A stretch of 64,000 nt of DNA from a virus, in the IMG/VR virus record IMGVR_UViG_3300045988_092551, positions 25,210 to 89,209 of that record. One strand, 5' to 3'. Both the position numbers and the translations under genes were made by a program. Shown in pieces: positions 47,360-55,842 of the stretch; position 1 is the stretch's first letter, and each line of letters starts with the position of its first letter. Under the pieces are notes generated by a model that saw only the letters and a list, made by a program, of their open reading frames with translations, was not told where the DNA came from and made no database searches.

Positions 47360-48030
47360 CTACATTTTCCCCACTGACTATCTAGCAGTTAGCCAGTGGG
47401 AAATTTACACCGTACAAATTATGTGCGGTGCGGGTCGTCGTACCCTTATTTTTCCTATCACGTTTAGGCGTACAATTGTGGGTCAGTGCCGCATAAGGGA
47501 ACAAAACAGAGATTTTGGTATTATTCCAGAGAGAGAATTTATTCTCCCTCAGGGGATTTATTGCCAAAATTTCAGAGAGCTATCCGGCAAACGAATCTGT
47601 AGTGATACAGAAAGGCGGGCGAGAAATCCCGTCGTGGGTAGCGAGAGAGCACAGAGCCACCACGATACCGAATGAGATGAGGCACGTGGAAAGAGCGAGA
47701 GCCGTAGCTGTGCAGTTATCGAGCGAGATGACGGACGGATAAATCATAATTCATATTCTACCGGTTTGGAATTGTCCGGTCGGGCTGGTTACCCGAGAAT
47801 CAATTGTGTGTGCAATCACGATTTGCAGCGTATCAAGGCGCACACTATCCACGCTGACTGAAAGCGGTTGCTTGTCATCCGTGCGAGATTTATCTCCTCA
47901 GAAATAAACAAGCTGCTGGCAGAAGCATAAAATCTGTAGGGTGTGAGCCACGTAGTTAAGACGATAAAGATAAAACGTGGTGCAAAGATGCACATCCTGG
48001 CTAATGGGGCGGGGAGAAATCTCCGCTCTA
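47360..48030 (+). ncRNA. candidate large structured noncoding RNA (~670 nt, family unknown)
   Basis: Only short, implausible ORFs. More G+C rich by eye than the flanks. Many local helices: CCCACTG/CAGTGGG, CACCG/CGGTG, CTGTA-GTGA-TACAG, TCGGG/CCCGA, GTGTGC/GCACAC enclosing TGCAA/TTGCA, CCACGT/ACGTGG, GTGCA-AAGA-TGCAC, GCGGGGA-GAAA-TCTCCGC. Confidence 0.5.
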
Positions 48031-48060
48031 CAATTACAAACCATTTAAATATTTTAGATT

Positions 48061-48246
48061 ATGAAAGAACAGATTTTGAAGAAGATAGGAAAGACGCTTG
48101 TGCGTATTAATGTCACAAATCAGAGTGCAGAGGATGCCTACGATGAACTCGTTAACAGCAGTCCTCGCCTGTTTGGTATGCTTTCCAGTATCTACAGACT
48201 GAATGATGAAGAAGAAAGATTCGCTTGGTCTGCCGGAATCGCCTAA
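48061..48246 (+). CDS. cassette protein, hypothetical
   Basis: 61 aa. Leader AAACCATTTAAAT..AGATTATG. The stop lies in GCCTAAAAT, followed by the hairpin TCCCTACA/TGTAGGGA. Confidence 0.5.
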   Translation: MKEQILKKIGKTLVRINVTNQSAEDAYDELVNSSPRLFGMLSSIYRLNDEEERFAWSAGIA

Positions 48247-48295
48247 AATCTCCCTACACTTGTAGGGAACAATAACCAAAATTATTAGAATTATG

Positions 48296-48774
48296 AGTAC
48301 GATATCATTAGATTGCAGACTTACAGACAATATACAGCCACGTAGAATTCATGAGCTACAACGGAAAAAGACTTACCGTTGCAGTTCTAGCCTAAAAATC
48401 TGTAGCCAGTACGATAATTGTCGTGTGTGGCTACGGAACAATTACCAATAAAATTAGGATTATGACAGCGAGGCAAATCATTTATTCAAGTACGATAATT
48501 GTGCTTGGATTTATTCAGAGCGTGCCGGCATTTATCATGCTGGCGAGTACGAATATTATCGTAATTCTGCTTGGAATATTTTGGGGTATTCTGCTTGGAA
48601 TATTCTGGAGAAGTACGATAATTGGCAGATGGTTCTTCAGGGAGCTGTGGAGATCTACGCTCCGCTTGGAGAATTTCATCCTGCCTGGAGTGTGAGGAAT
48701 CTAGAAAGTACGATAATTGTGCTTGGAAACATTTAGCTAAATTCTGCTTGGAGAGATCCAGGCAGTACGATAAT
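48296..48774. repeat. cluster of AGTACGATAAT(T) and (T)CTGCTTGGA repeats
   Basis: AGTACGATA-type copies at 48296, 48408, 48489, 48546 (variant), 48612, 48707 and 48764. The 21-mer AGTACGATAATTGTGCTTGGA is exact at 48489 and 48707. TTCTGCTTGGAATATT occurs at 48566 and 48589. Extra copies at 50298 and 51429. Confidence 0.8.
48462..48695 (+). CDS. possible 77-aa hydrophobic protein (doubtful, built from DNA repeats)
   Basis: Has a leader-supported ATG. However its STII(V)LG / LLGIFW repeats are translations of DNA repeats that continue past the stop. Confidence 0.3.
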   Translation: MTARQIIYSSTIIVLGFIQSVPAFIMLASTNIIVILLGIFWGILLGIFWRSTIIGRWFFRELWRSTLRLENFILPGV

Positions 48775-48797
48775 ATAACCAACTAAATTACAGAATT

Positions 48798-48995
48798 ATG
48801 AAGAAGAATATTTTCGTGGCATTGTTTGCCGTAGTGTGTGTTGCATTAGTAGTTGTTTCAGTTACTCTGTACAATTGTCACAGAGCAAACGTGATGCTAA
48901 GAAAGACTGTTATTGCTCAAGCGAACGAGATTTCAGAGCTTAACGGCAGTTACACAGCAGAGGGAGCTACAACGTTCGTAGGTCTCAGAAAGTAG
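48798..48995 (+). CDS. cassette protein with N-terminal transmembrane helix
   Basis: 65 aa. N-terminus MKKNIFVALFAVVCVALVVVSV. Stop lies in TAGCCAAAA, followed by a 9-bp hairpin. Confidence 0.55.
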   Translation: MKKNIFVALFAVVCVALVVVSVTLYNCHRANVMLRKTVIAQANEISELNGSYTAEGATTFVGLRK

Positions 48996-49052
48996 CCAAA
49001 ACAGAGAGGAGTTTCCGCTCCTCTCTTCTATTAACCAAATTATTAGAGAAAT

Positions 49053-49382
49053 ATGGATAGAATATTAAAGCAAGATTTGAGCAAGAATGAGGTTATAGAC
49101 CTCTTGCGTGGAATGGACGCACAGGAAGTTGAGGGAAATTTCTCTGTACGTCGTGTCCTGATCAATACACAGGCGTGTGACGTATTCGGTGGAGAACCTG
49201 AGGACTCTTATCCTCTCATCCCCGGTACGTACATGGCATTGTATTACAAGAGTATTGCCGGAGACCCGTATCCGCTCTTTGAGAGAATATGTGAAAACAT
49301 AATAAATGACGAGAACAAGAGCCAGACTCTCCTGAATGGCGATGGCATTATTCTGATTTTCCTGCTCAACAAGTACGAGTAG
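49053..49382 (+). CDS. cassette protein, hypothetical
   Basis: 109 aa, bounded by the junction motifs. Confidence 0.6.
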   Translation: MDRILKQDLSKNEVIDLLRGMDAQEVEGNFSVRRVLINTQACDVFGGEPEDSYPLIPGTYMALYYKSIAGDPYPLFERICENIINDENKSQTLLNGDGIILIFLLNKYE

Positions 49383-49444
49383 CCAAAAATGTGCTCAGGC
49401 ATTTCCCTGGGCATACTATGTTAAACCATTTAAACGGAAGAATT

Positions 49445-49621
49445 ATGTTAGACAGAAAATCACAAAAGAACTTCGAACGTGCATTGCTCCACGAGATGGA
49501 GAAAATTAAAATTGCTGCACGCCAGTGGCACAACAACAATACTAAGGGCTACAGAGATTTCCGTAGCAAGGAGGCTATCTCAAAGAGTTTCTCTGAGATT
49601 GCAGTATTGTGCATGAGCTGA
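49445..49621 (+). CDS. cassette protein, hypothetical
   Basis: ORF 49391-49621 trimmed to the leader-supported ATG (GGAAGAATTATG). 58 aa. Confidence 0.5.
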   Translation: MLDRKSQKNFERALLHEMEKIKIAARQWHNNNTKGYRDFRSKEAISKSFSEIAVLCMS

Positions 49622-49670
49622 AATGTGCGTGGCGGTTGTCACGCATACTATTCACCAAAAATTATAGATT

Positions 49671-49964
49671 ATGATAGATGAAGAATACAAGAAGAATGTA
49701 GAGTACATGAACTCTGTCATCCTGCCACGATTGCAGGAGACTCAGAGAGAAGTATTGAAAAATCCATCAAGGCTCACTCTTGACATCAGCGTGAGAAACG
49801 ACAACGGCGAAGGGTATATCAGTTCTTTTGCCTGTGTCAGAAATAGCATGGGAGGAGAAATAACGGATACCTGTTATCCACGTTTCATCTGCGCAGACAG
49901 CAAAGAGGAGATGGACGAGCTCTTCAACGAGCTTAAAGAGTTCATCAAGAAGTACTCAGCCTGA
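49671..49964 (+). CDS. cassette protein, hypothetical
   Basis: 97 aa, bounded by the junction motifs. Confidence 0.6.
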   Translation: MIDEEYKKNVEYMNSVILPRLQETQREVLKNPSRLTLDISVRNDNGEGYISSFACVRNSMGGEITDTCYPRFICADSKEEMDELFNELKEFIKKYSA

Positions 49965-50014
49965 AAATTGAGGGAGTTTTATCTCCCTCTCCCACAAACC
50001 AAAAATGTAGAATT

Positions 50015-50284
50015 ATGAGTAAATGGGTACAATTCTATCACAAGATTAATAAGTTTGACCTTGTGAACATGAGATTTACAGAGGATTTCAGTATCGTGGA
50101 AATGACTGGTATGGATTCTATCTTGCCAGTTGACGGCAGATTTAACCTGTCATCCATACGAGCAGAGATACAGAAGAAAATCGAGAGCATGAAGAAAATC
50201 GAGAGTTTCGACCCTTGTGCGTTCTCCATCCTCACCGGCAGTTCTATTCTGTGTGCTTCAGAAAGTCCGGTGTACAATCTCTGA
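50015..50284 (+). CDS. cassette protein, hypothetical
   Basis: 89 aa, bounded by the junction motifs. Confidence 0.55.
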   Translation: MSKWVQFYHKINKFDLVNMRFTEDFSIVEMTGMDSILPVDGRFNLSSIRAEIQKKIESMKKIESFDPCAFSILTGSSILCASESPVYNL

Positions 50285-50342
50285 GCCAGAACTGGGCAGT
50301 ACGATAATGTGCTGCCTGCTATTAACCAAAACAGAATATATT

Positions 50343-50888
50343 ATGAGTAAGAAAAAAGTTGCAGGTCTTGAGAGACCTTACTCTCCTCGCAAATTAGGAG
50401 AGTTATTGTGTGAATACATCGTGCAGGGTGGATTTGAGGAGAGCGCAAAGCTTGATTATTTCTCCCCAAGCGATGATGATGTGACCGAAATTAAGAAAGA
50501 GACTTTTGACGTACTCTCTATTACTGAGTTCGGTTCAAATGAGGGCATTTACACGTCTTTCTACATTGATTATCCTGGAGAAAAGCGCATACGTCTGATG
50601 TGCGCCAAAACTTTGGGCGAGTCAAAGGAAGATTATGTAAATATGCATATAATGGGAGCTAACATTTGCTACTCTTTTATCAAATTCGTAAATAGAAATC
50701 GGGACAGCTTTATATGGTACGGTTACTTTGTCTATTATGCAATAGATAAAGGAGAGAAAAAATATTGCTGGTGTCATTCTATCGAGAGCGTTTATAATAA
50801 CGCTGACGACATTCTACAGAAGCATCCTAATGCGAGAGTATACTACATTGATTGTCAAACTCGGAAGAAGTATGGGTACAACTTCTAG
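50343..50888 (+). CDS. cassette protein, hypothetical
   Basis: ORF 50217-50888 trimmed to the leader-supported ATG. 181 aa. Confidence 0.6.
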   Translation: MSKKKVAGLERPYSPRKLGELLCEYIVQGGFEESAKLDYFSPSDDDVTEIKKETFDVLSITEFGSNEGIYTSFYIDYPGEKRIRLMCAKTLGESKEDYVNMHIMGANICYSFIKFVNRNRDSFIWYGYFVYYAIDKGEKKYCWCHSIESVYNNADDILQKHPNARVYYIDCQTRKKYGYNF

Positions 50889-50947
50889 CCAAAATGCGGG
50901 GCACATCCTGTGTCCTGCTTCTATTATTAACCAATCAAATTAGAATT

Positions 50948-51124
50948 ATGACAGACGGAGACAGAAGGTTCCTTGCCAGGCTCGTAGCGAGCCACAAGGC
51001 AGTTATCAGCGAGGAGTGCGCGAGAAAGAAGCTCGACAAGAGCGAGTATTTCAGACGTACGGCACGAGTGGACAGAAAAGCTCAGGAAATCGAGCGTGCC
51101 TGTATGCGTCCTCGCAAATTCTAG
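50948..51124 (+). CDS. cassette protein, hypothetical
   Basis: Trimmed to the leader-supported ATG. 58 aa, basic and helical. Confidence 0.5.
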   Translation: MTDGDRRFLARLVASHKAVISEECARKKLDKSEYFRRTARVDRKAQEIERACMRPRKF

Positions 51125-51186
51125 CCAACATTCTGTGCGGTCTATCTGCACAGAAACCATGTTTAACCATTTTAATTAGTAGAATT

Positions 51187-51402
51187 ATGGAACGATATTC
51201 ATGTAAGCAGCTGAAATCGCTTGTAGCAAGCGGTGTGGCAAAGGATGTAACCTACGCAGACAGTAGAAGTGAGATTCCTGAGAGTTATACTCAGATCGGG
51301 TATGCAGCAGGAATCTACGGTTGTAACGGAATGTTATTGAAGGGCAAGAGCGGACAGCTATACGCCGTGACAGGCAGAACATCTGCCATCTACATTTTTT
51401 AG
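51187..51402 (+). CDS. cassette protein, hypothetical
   Basis: Trimmed to the leader-supported ATG. 71 aa (MERYSCKQLKSLV...). Confidence 0.55.
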   Translation: MERYSCKQLKSLVASGVAKDVTYADSRSEIPESYTQIGYAAGIYGCNGMLLKGKSGQLYAVTGRTSAIYIF

Positions 51403-51457
51403 CCTAAAATCTCTCCATTCGCTTGGAGAGTACGATTATTAACTAAATATTAGAATT

Positions 51458-51805
51458 ATGACAACGGATTACTACACAGCCGTACACTGGCTAAAAAGTG
51501 CGTTCATCCTCTGTAACGAGATTGTAGAGAATGACGAATCAGTAATTGAAAACATCGAGTATCCAGAGTGGGCAAATGGCGATGAAGAAGAAAGGGACAG
51601 AATCGAGATATTTCAGTGGTTCCTCACTAACATGAGCGAAGAGGATAAGGAATGGATGCAGAAGAATTTCCCTGATCTTATCTTCTCTTACTCTGACAAG
51701 CTTGACTTGTGGATTCTTTGCGTAGATCATTTCGGAACGATGTGGAAGGGAGTCTCAACGACTACCAACTGCGAAAATGCGGCAAAGGCTAGCCAGCTGC
51801 CGTAG
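51458..51805 (+). CDS. cassette protein, hypothetical (acidic)
   Basis: 115 aa, bounded by the junction motifs. Confidence 0.6.
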   Translation: MTTDYYTAVHWLKSAFILCNEIVENDESVIENIEYPEWANGDEEERDRIEIFQWFLTNMSEEDKEWMQKNFPDLIFSYSDKLDLWILCVDHFGTMWKGVSTTTNCENAAKASQLP

Positions 51806-51862
51806 CCAAACCAATCCTCACTCTCACGGGTGGGGATTTCTATTAACCAATACAGATTGAAT

Positions 51863-52018
51863 ATGATTAAAATTGAGATTACTAGAGCCGGTATGGGTGA
51901 GAAATGCCCATATCCGAAGTTCAGCAAATTGCTGGCAAAAGGCTACATAATGTGCCATCGCTGCAAGTATTGTGATGAAATTATCAGCGAGACAGAAATA
52001 ATGTGTAATTATAATTAA
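51863..52018 (+). CDS. small Cys-rich cassette protein
   Basis: Trimmed to the leader-supported ATG. 51 aa with CHRCKYC. Confidence 0.45.
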   Translation: MIKIEITRAGMGEKCPYPKFSKLLAKGYIMCHRCKYCDEIISETEIMCNYN

Positions 52019-52026
52019 TTCGCCTT

Positions 52027-52251
52027 ATGAAAGAGATCTATATTTTATACAAATGTGACAGCTGGCACTCCTCAAATAGTATGGATGTGGTATTTGTAGG
52101 AAGTTCTGTAGAAAAATGCTGTTGGGCGGCGCATTGGAAAGGCGCGACTAACGAGCAGGTAAGACAGCTGAGAGATATTAGGCAGTCGCAGTGTACGAGC
52201 AATCGAGACTACGAGTTTCAGATAGATCACTGGAATATCGACAAGCTCTAA
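52027..52251 (+). CDS. cassette protein, hypothetical
   Basis: 74 aa. Shares a cassette with the previous gene, with no junction between them. Confidence 0.5.
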   Translation: MKEIYILYKCDSWHSSNSMDVVFVGSSVEKCCWAAHWKGATNEQVRQLRDIRQSQCTSNRDYEFQIDHWNIDKL

Positions 52252-52314
52252 GCCAAACATTTCCCAATTCTGTAGCAGGAATTGGGATTTCTATTAACCA
52301 AAGATTACAGAATT

Positions 52315-52554
52315 ATGAGTGACTTAGAGAAAATTTTGAATGACGATTTGCTGAAGTGTGAAATCGTAGAGTCTGTAGAGAATGCAGCAAGACGTGTGGA
52401 TCTTATCAAGTGGACGCACGACGGTTTATTTTCCGTTGCCGACTTACGCAAGGACACCGGAAAGCTTGAAATATCAGAAGTTCCAGAGACGGACGAGCTT
52501 GAAGCGTACAAGTATTTCTACAAAACCTATTGGAGTTTTGTTGTTTCTTCCTAA
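52315..52554 (+). CDS. cassette protein, hypothetical
   Basis: Trimmed to the leader-supported ATG. 79 aa. Confidence 0.55.
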   Translation: MSDLEKILNDDLLKCEIVESVENAARRVDLIKWTHDGLFSVADLRKDTGKLEISEVPETDELEAYKYFYKTYWSFVVSS

Positions 52555-52606
52555 AACTCCCCACGATAATGTGGGGAACCATTATAAACCATTTAAAAAT
52601 AGAATT

Positions 52607-53134
52607 ATGGAAAAGAATATTGTAGGAGAAGTTCTTAATTGCAAGGGTGAGGTTTTGGAGAAGATTGCTGATTATATCGGCACAAAAAGCTTTGCCACGG
52701 TAATCGAGAATCTCTATCGTGAGTGTCTTGAGAAGTTTGATGACGCAGAAGATTTGGAGGAATTTATATCTGATTTTGATGGAAGAAATATCCAGTCCAT
52801 GGCATGGGATTTCACTCTTGAAGTGAACAAGGAGATGAAGAAATATCTCCATATGGATTCTCAGAACATGAATGGTAATTTCGCCAATCTGCGCAACGAT
52901 TACCCTAGACATGTCACCGGTGTATTTTGGGCATCAGACTACGACGGCGACGATTACTATGACTTGTTTCCTCAGACGGTTGCCAGACTCGATGCCGCAG
53001 AAGACAGCGAGCAGGCGAACAAGGACAGAGCGTACCTCGAAGAATGGTATTTCAAAGCCTTCGGTACGTACAACATCAAGTACAATTTCTCGAACGAACT
53101 TGAAGAGATTCACTCTATGATGAAGGAAGCCTAA
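52607..53134 (+). CDS. cassette protein, hypothetical (acidic)
   Basis: ORF 52382-53134 trimmed to the leader-supported ATG. 175 aa. Confidence 0.6.
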   Translation: MEKNIVGEVLNCKGEVLEKIADYIGTKSFATVIENLYRECLEKFDDAEDLEEFISDFDGRNIQSMAWDFTLEVNKEMKKYLHMDSQNMNGNFANLRNDYPRHVTGVFWASDYDGDDYYDLFPQTVARLDAAEDSEQANKDRAYLEEWYFKAFGTYNIKYNFSNELEEIHSMMKEA

Positions 53135-53189
53135 CAATATCCCCTAGCATGGGGATATTCTATGTTAAACCATTTAAATGATATTAGAT

Positions 53190-54011
53190 ATGAGTTACGA
53201 ATTTGCAAAGAAGGAAATCGGTGATTACAGAATCACCATTTACCAGGATGAGGATGCCGAATGCCCTTGCAAAGGATGGGATTTGGTGGGAGTTTACTTC
53301 TGGGACTATTCCGACAACGGATACAATAGAGGTCTGTCTCGTGGTTGCAGCAGCGAAGTTGACGCTAAAAATGCAGAGGATGCTTTGAAAGAGCTTGTCT
53401 GCAAATATGTGTCACAAAAGAAGATTATCGACTACATCAATAGCGAAAATGTCGATAGCTTCCGTATGCGCTATGACAAGAGCGAGCACATGTGGCATCT
53501 TGAGAATCTGTACAATGGCGAGTGGTACTACCACGAAGAGTTCTGTCCGAGCGACTTGAAGAGATTCGACTATAGAGAAGAACTTTGCGATATCCTCGAA
53601 GAGGACGATTTCACGTATCTTCTGCATGACTGCAAGAATATTGCATTCTACGAGTGGTCCTCTACGGGCTACTGCCAGGGAGATTATGTTAGTGGATATG
53701 CCTACTGCGACAAGAAGCGCTTCTCCAAGTATTGTGACACGAACACAAAGAACTGGAGAAAGCGAGCCTTGGACTTATTTGAGGATGAGACTAAGTGCAT
53801 AGGTCTTTGGATGTGGGGCGATGTCAAGGGATTCGTCTTGGAAAAGAAAGTCCACTACAAGAAAGTCTTCACGGAAATCGGTAGAGAGCCGGAGGACGAC
53901 TATGAGTGGGAGCAGATTGATTCCCGCTGGGGAGAGTACTACGAGGACTCTGACGAGCTGATTAAAGACGCTCTCGAAGAGAATGGAATCAAACTAAAAG
54001 AAACAGCCTAA
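53190..54011 (+). CDS. cassette protein, hypothetical
   Basis: 273 aa, rich in Cys, Trp and Tyr. Leader ..TTAGATATG. Confidence 0.6.
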   Translation: MSYEFAKKEIGDYRITIYQDEDAECPCKGWDLVGVYFWDYSDNGYNRGLSRGCSSEVDAKNAEDALKELVCKYVSQKKIIDYINSENVDSFRMRYDKSEHMWHLENLYNGEWYYHEEFCPSDLKRFDYREELCDILEEDDFTYLLHDCKNIAFYEWSSTGYCQGDYVSGYAYCDKKRFSKYCDTNTKNWRKRALDLFEDETKCIGLWMWGDVKGFVLEKKVHYKKVFTEIGREPEDDYEWEQIDSRWGEYYEDSDELIKDALEENGIKLKETA

Positions 54012-54060
54012 CAAGGGGAGCTTGCATGCTCCTCTTCTATTAACCAAATTACAAAGAATT

Positions 54061-54402
54061 ATGAAAGCAAGACTTTATCACGACACAAGAAAGAAGTTCC
54101 GTGACTATATTGACGCCTGGAGTATATACTTTCCTTATCCTAAGTGGATGAGAAAGGAGAATCCTGGAGTGTACGGATGCTTTATCAGCTGCAAGCCGAC
54201 AGAAAGCGGTATGATAAGGTGTATCGTTGACTATGATGAGTTTATTCCGGGTCTTTGCAGCAGACCTTATCTCGGCAAGAGGGTAGACGTGAAGACAACC
54301 CCAAAAGCATTTCAGAAGATTTTCCGTCATCAGGAGAGGTTGTGGAACAACGCAATCACCAAGAATACGGACGAGGCGTGGGAAGCATGGAACAGAGCCT
54401 AA
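54061..54402 (+). CDS. cassette protein, hypothetical
   Basis: Trimmed to the leader-supported ATG. 113 aa. Confidence 0.55.
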   Translation: MKARLYHDTRKKFRDYIDAWSIYFPYPKWMRKENPGVYGCFISCKPTESGMIRCIVDYDEFIPGLCSRPYLGKRVDVKTTPKAFQKIFRHQERLWNNAITKNTDEAWEAWNRA

Positions 54403-54449
54403 AATTGGTAGCCAGTTGGCTACCTACCATTAACTAAATAAATAGAATT

Positions 54450-54710
54450 ATGAAAAAGGGTATAACAATTTCAGAGAGGGGTAACAAAGTTATCTACAGA
54501 CTGGGCAGGCGTATTGTGTGCTACCGAGTGGGCTACAGGGTTTATTTCGGAAAGCCCTCTGACGCTACACATGATACGTTTGATGCCTTGTCCGAGAATA
54601 TTGCACACGAGAGATGCATTGAGATTTGTGAGCGCAGAATATCGGCAGAGACGAAATACAGCAATCCTGTCGCATACAACGCTCACAGAGTGCTGAATGC
54701 ATTAGCCTAA
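54450..54710 (+). CDS. cassette protein, hypothetical
   Basis: 86 aa, bounded by the junction motifs. Confidence 0.55.
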   Translation: MKKGITISERGNKVIYRLGRRIVCYRVGYRVYFGKPSDATHDTFDALSENIAHERCIEICERRISAETKYSNPVAYNAHRVLNALA

Positions 54711-54756
54711 AGATAGCCTCCGGGCTATCACTATAACCAATTAAACAAAGAGAATT

Positions 54757-55017
54757 ATGACACAAGTTAATTTAGGAACTCGCACGGCAAATTTACGTGC
54801 AGCTTATAGCGATTTGAAAGATGGATATACCATTATCGTTGGAAAACTAAAGATGTGGATATACACTTGTAAAAGATGCGGTCCGTCGTATGGCAAGGAT
54901 TATATAGCCTGCGATCATTATGGTGGGCAGTGGGCAATAGGAGTAAATTTCAAGGATTTTACAGACCAAATGCGTAAATTTGGCGAAGGAAAACTTGCTT
55001 ACAACAAAGAGTGGTAG
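54757..55017 (+). CDS. cassette protein, hypothetical
   Basis: 86 aa, bounded by the junction motifs. Confidence 0.55.
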   Translation: MTQVNLGTRTANLRAAYSDLKDGYTIIVGKLKMWIYTCKRCGPSYGKDYIACDHYGGQWAIGVNFKDFTDQMRKFGEGKLAYNKEW

Positions 55018-55075
55018 CCTAAAAACGGAGGGAGTAATCCCTCTGACATTATTAACCAATAAATTATTAAGAATT

Positions 55076-55483
55076 ATGGATAAAAAAGAAATGTGGAAAG
55101 TACTTGGACGTGACGATTACGCACACAAGTCTCAAGAACTGAAAAAAAAGTGCGAGGAACTGGCGAAAGCTATATGCGATAAGCTCATTGAGCTTGACAT
55201 GACAGAAATCTTCATCCCTCGCTGTGGTATTACCTTCAGCGTTATTACCGTGCAAATAAGTTGTGTTAAACGCATTCTTCTTGCGCTAAAGAGTGGCACC
55301 ATTTACTATTTGTTGCAAGAGTTTGGTATATGCGACATACATGCTGGTGACCTTAATGTGAAGGTTGGTCGAGTAGTAGATGCACTTAGTTTTGTTACTC
55401 ACTTGGACGAGATATTACAAGAAATATCGAAGATTGAGGACAAAGAAGTCGCAGGCATCGAAGCTGCTCTCAAGAGACTCTAA
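55076..55483 (+). CDS. cassette protein, hypothetical
   Basis: Trimmed to the leader-supported ATG. 135 aa. Confidence 0.55.
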   Translation: MDKKEMWKVLGRDDYAHKSQELKKKCEELAKAICDKLIELDMTEIFIPRCGITFSVITVQISCVKRILLALKSGTIYYLLQEFGICDIHAGDLNVKVGRVVDALSFVTHLDEILQEISKIEDKEVAGIEAALKRL

Positions 55484-55493
55484 CATCTATCAT

Positions 55494-55535
55494 CCGTGAG
55501 CGACAGGCGCACATCGGGTTCGAGACCCGACACGG
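55494..55535 (+). other. tRNA T-arm/acceptor-like minihelix (not a tRNA)
   Basis: Reads CCGTG-15 nt-TCGGG-TTCGAGA-CCCGA-CACGG. The inner hairpin matches a T-arm (5-bp stem, 7-nt TTCGAGA loop, closing G-C pair). No D or anticodon arms. Confidence 0.4.
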
Positions 55536-55563
55536 AACAATATTAACCAAAATTACAAGAATT

Positions 55564-55794
55564 ATGAAGAGATATTATGTATCAGTCACAGAGACTTTAA
55601 ACAAGATTGTCAGCGTCGATGCCAAGAGTGAGAAAGATGCGCTTGAACAAGTACAAACAGCCTACAATGATTCTGTCATCGTTCTCGATTCCAGCAATTT
55701 TGTAAACGAAGAAATAGAGCTTGACTCTAATCAGGAGTTATATGCTGACAACGAAAAAGAGCAGGGAGGAGATGTTTATCAGCACATCGACTAG
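55564..55794 (+). CDS. small DpnD/PcfM-like protein (paralog A), upstream of the RT
   Basis: 76 aa. MKRYYVSVTETLNKIVSVDAKSEKDALEQV aligns with MRRKYRVGIVETSNGFVDVEASSEEEARKKA of ORF 58442-58612. Confidence 0.55.
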   Translation: MKRYYVSVTETLNKIVSVDAKSEKDALEQVQTAYNDSVIVLDSSNFVNEEIELDSNQELYADNEKEQGGDVYQHID

Positions 55795-55842
55795 CCAAAT
55801 GGGGAGAGCAATCTCCCTACCAATAACCAAAACACAAGAATT

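Noticed and set aside
48293-48451. 52-aa ORF starting at a leader-supported ATG (MSTISLDCRL...)
   Set aside because: It runs through a complete junction (AGCCTAAAA, hairpin, ATTACCAATAA) instead of stopping in it, and the frame that stops in the junction has only 14 codons. It is more likely a degenerate or empty cassette, so I left it unannotated.
52382-52606. N-terminal extensions of cassette ORFs given by the ORF track (also 49391, 50217, 50852, 51016, 51830, 52282, 54022, 54980, 61423, 62082)
   Set aside because: The extensions read through the previous gene's junction hairpin and leader. In each case an in-frame ATG sits exactly in the conserved AGAATTATG context.
55494-55535. tRNA gene
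   Set aside because: Only T-arm-like and acceptor-like helices are present. Just 15 nt lie where the D and anticodon arms should be.
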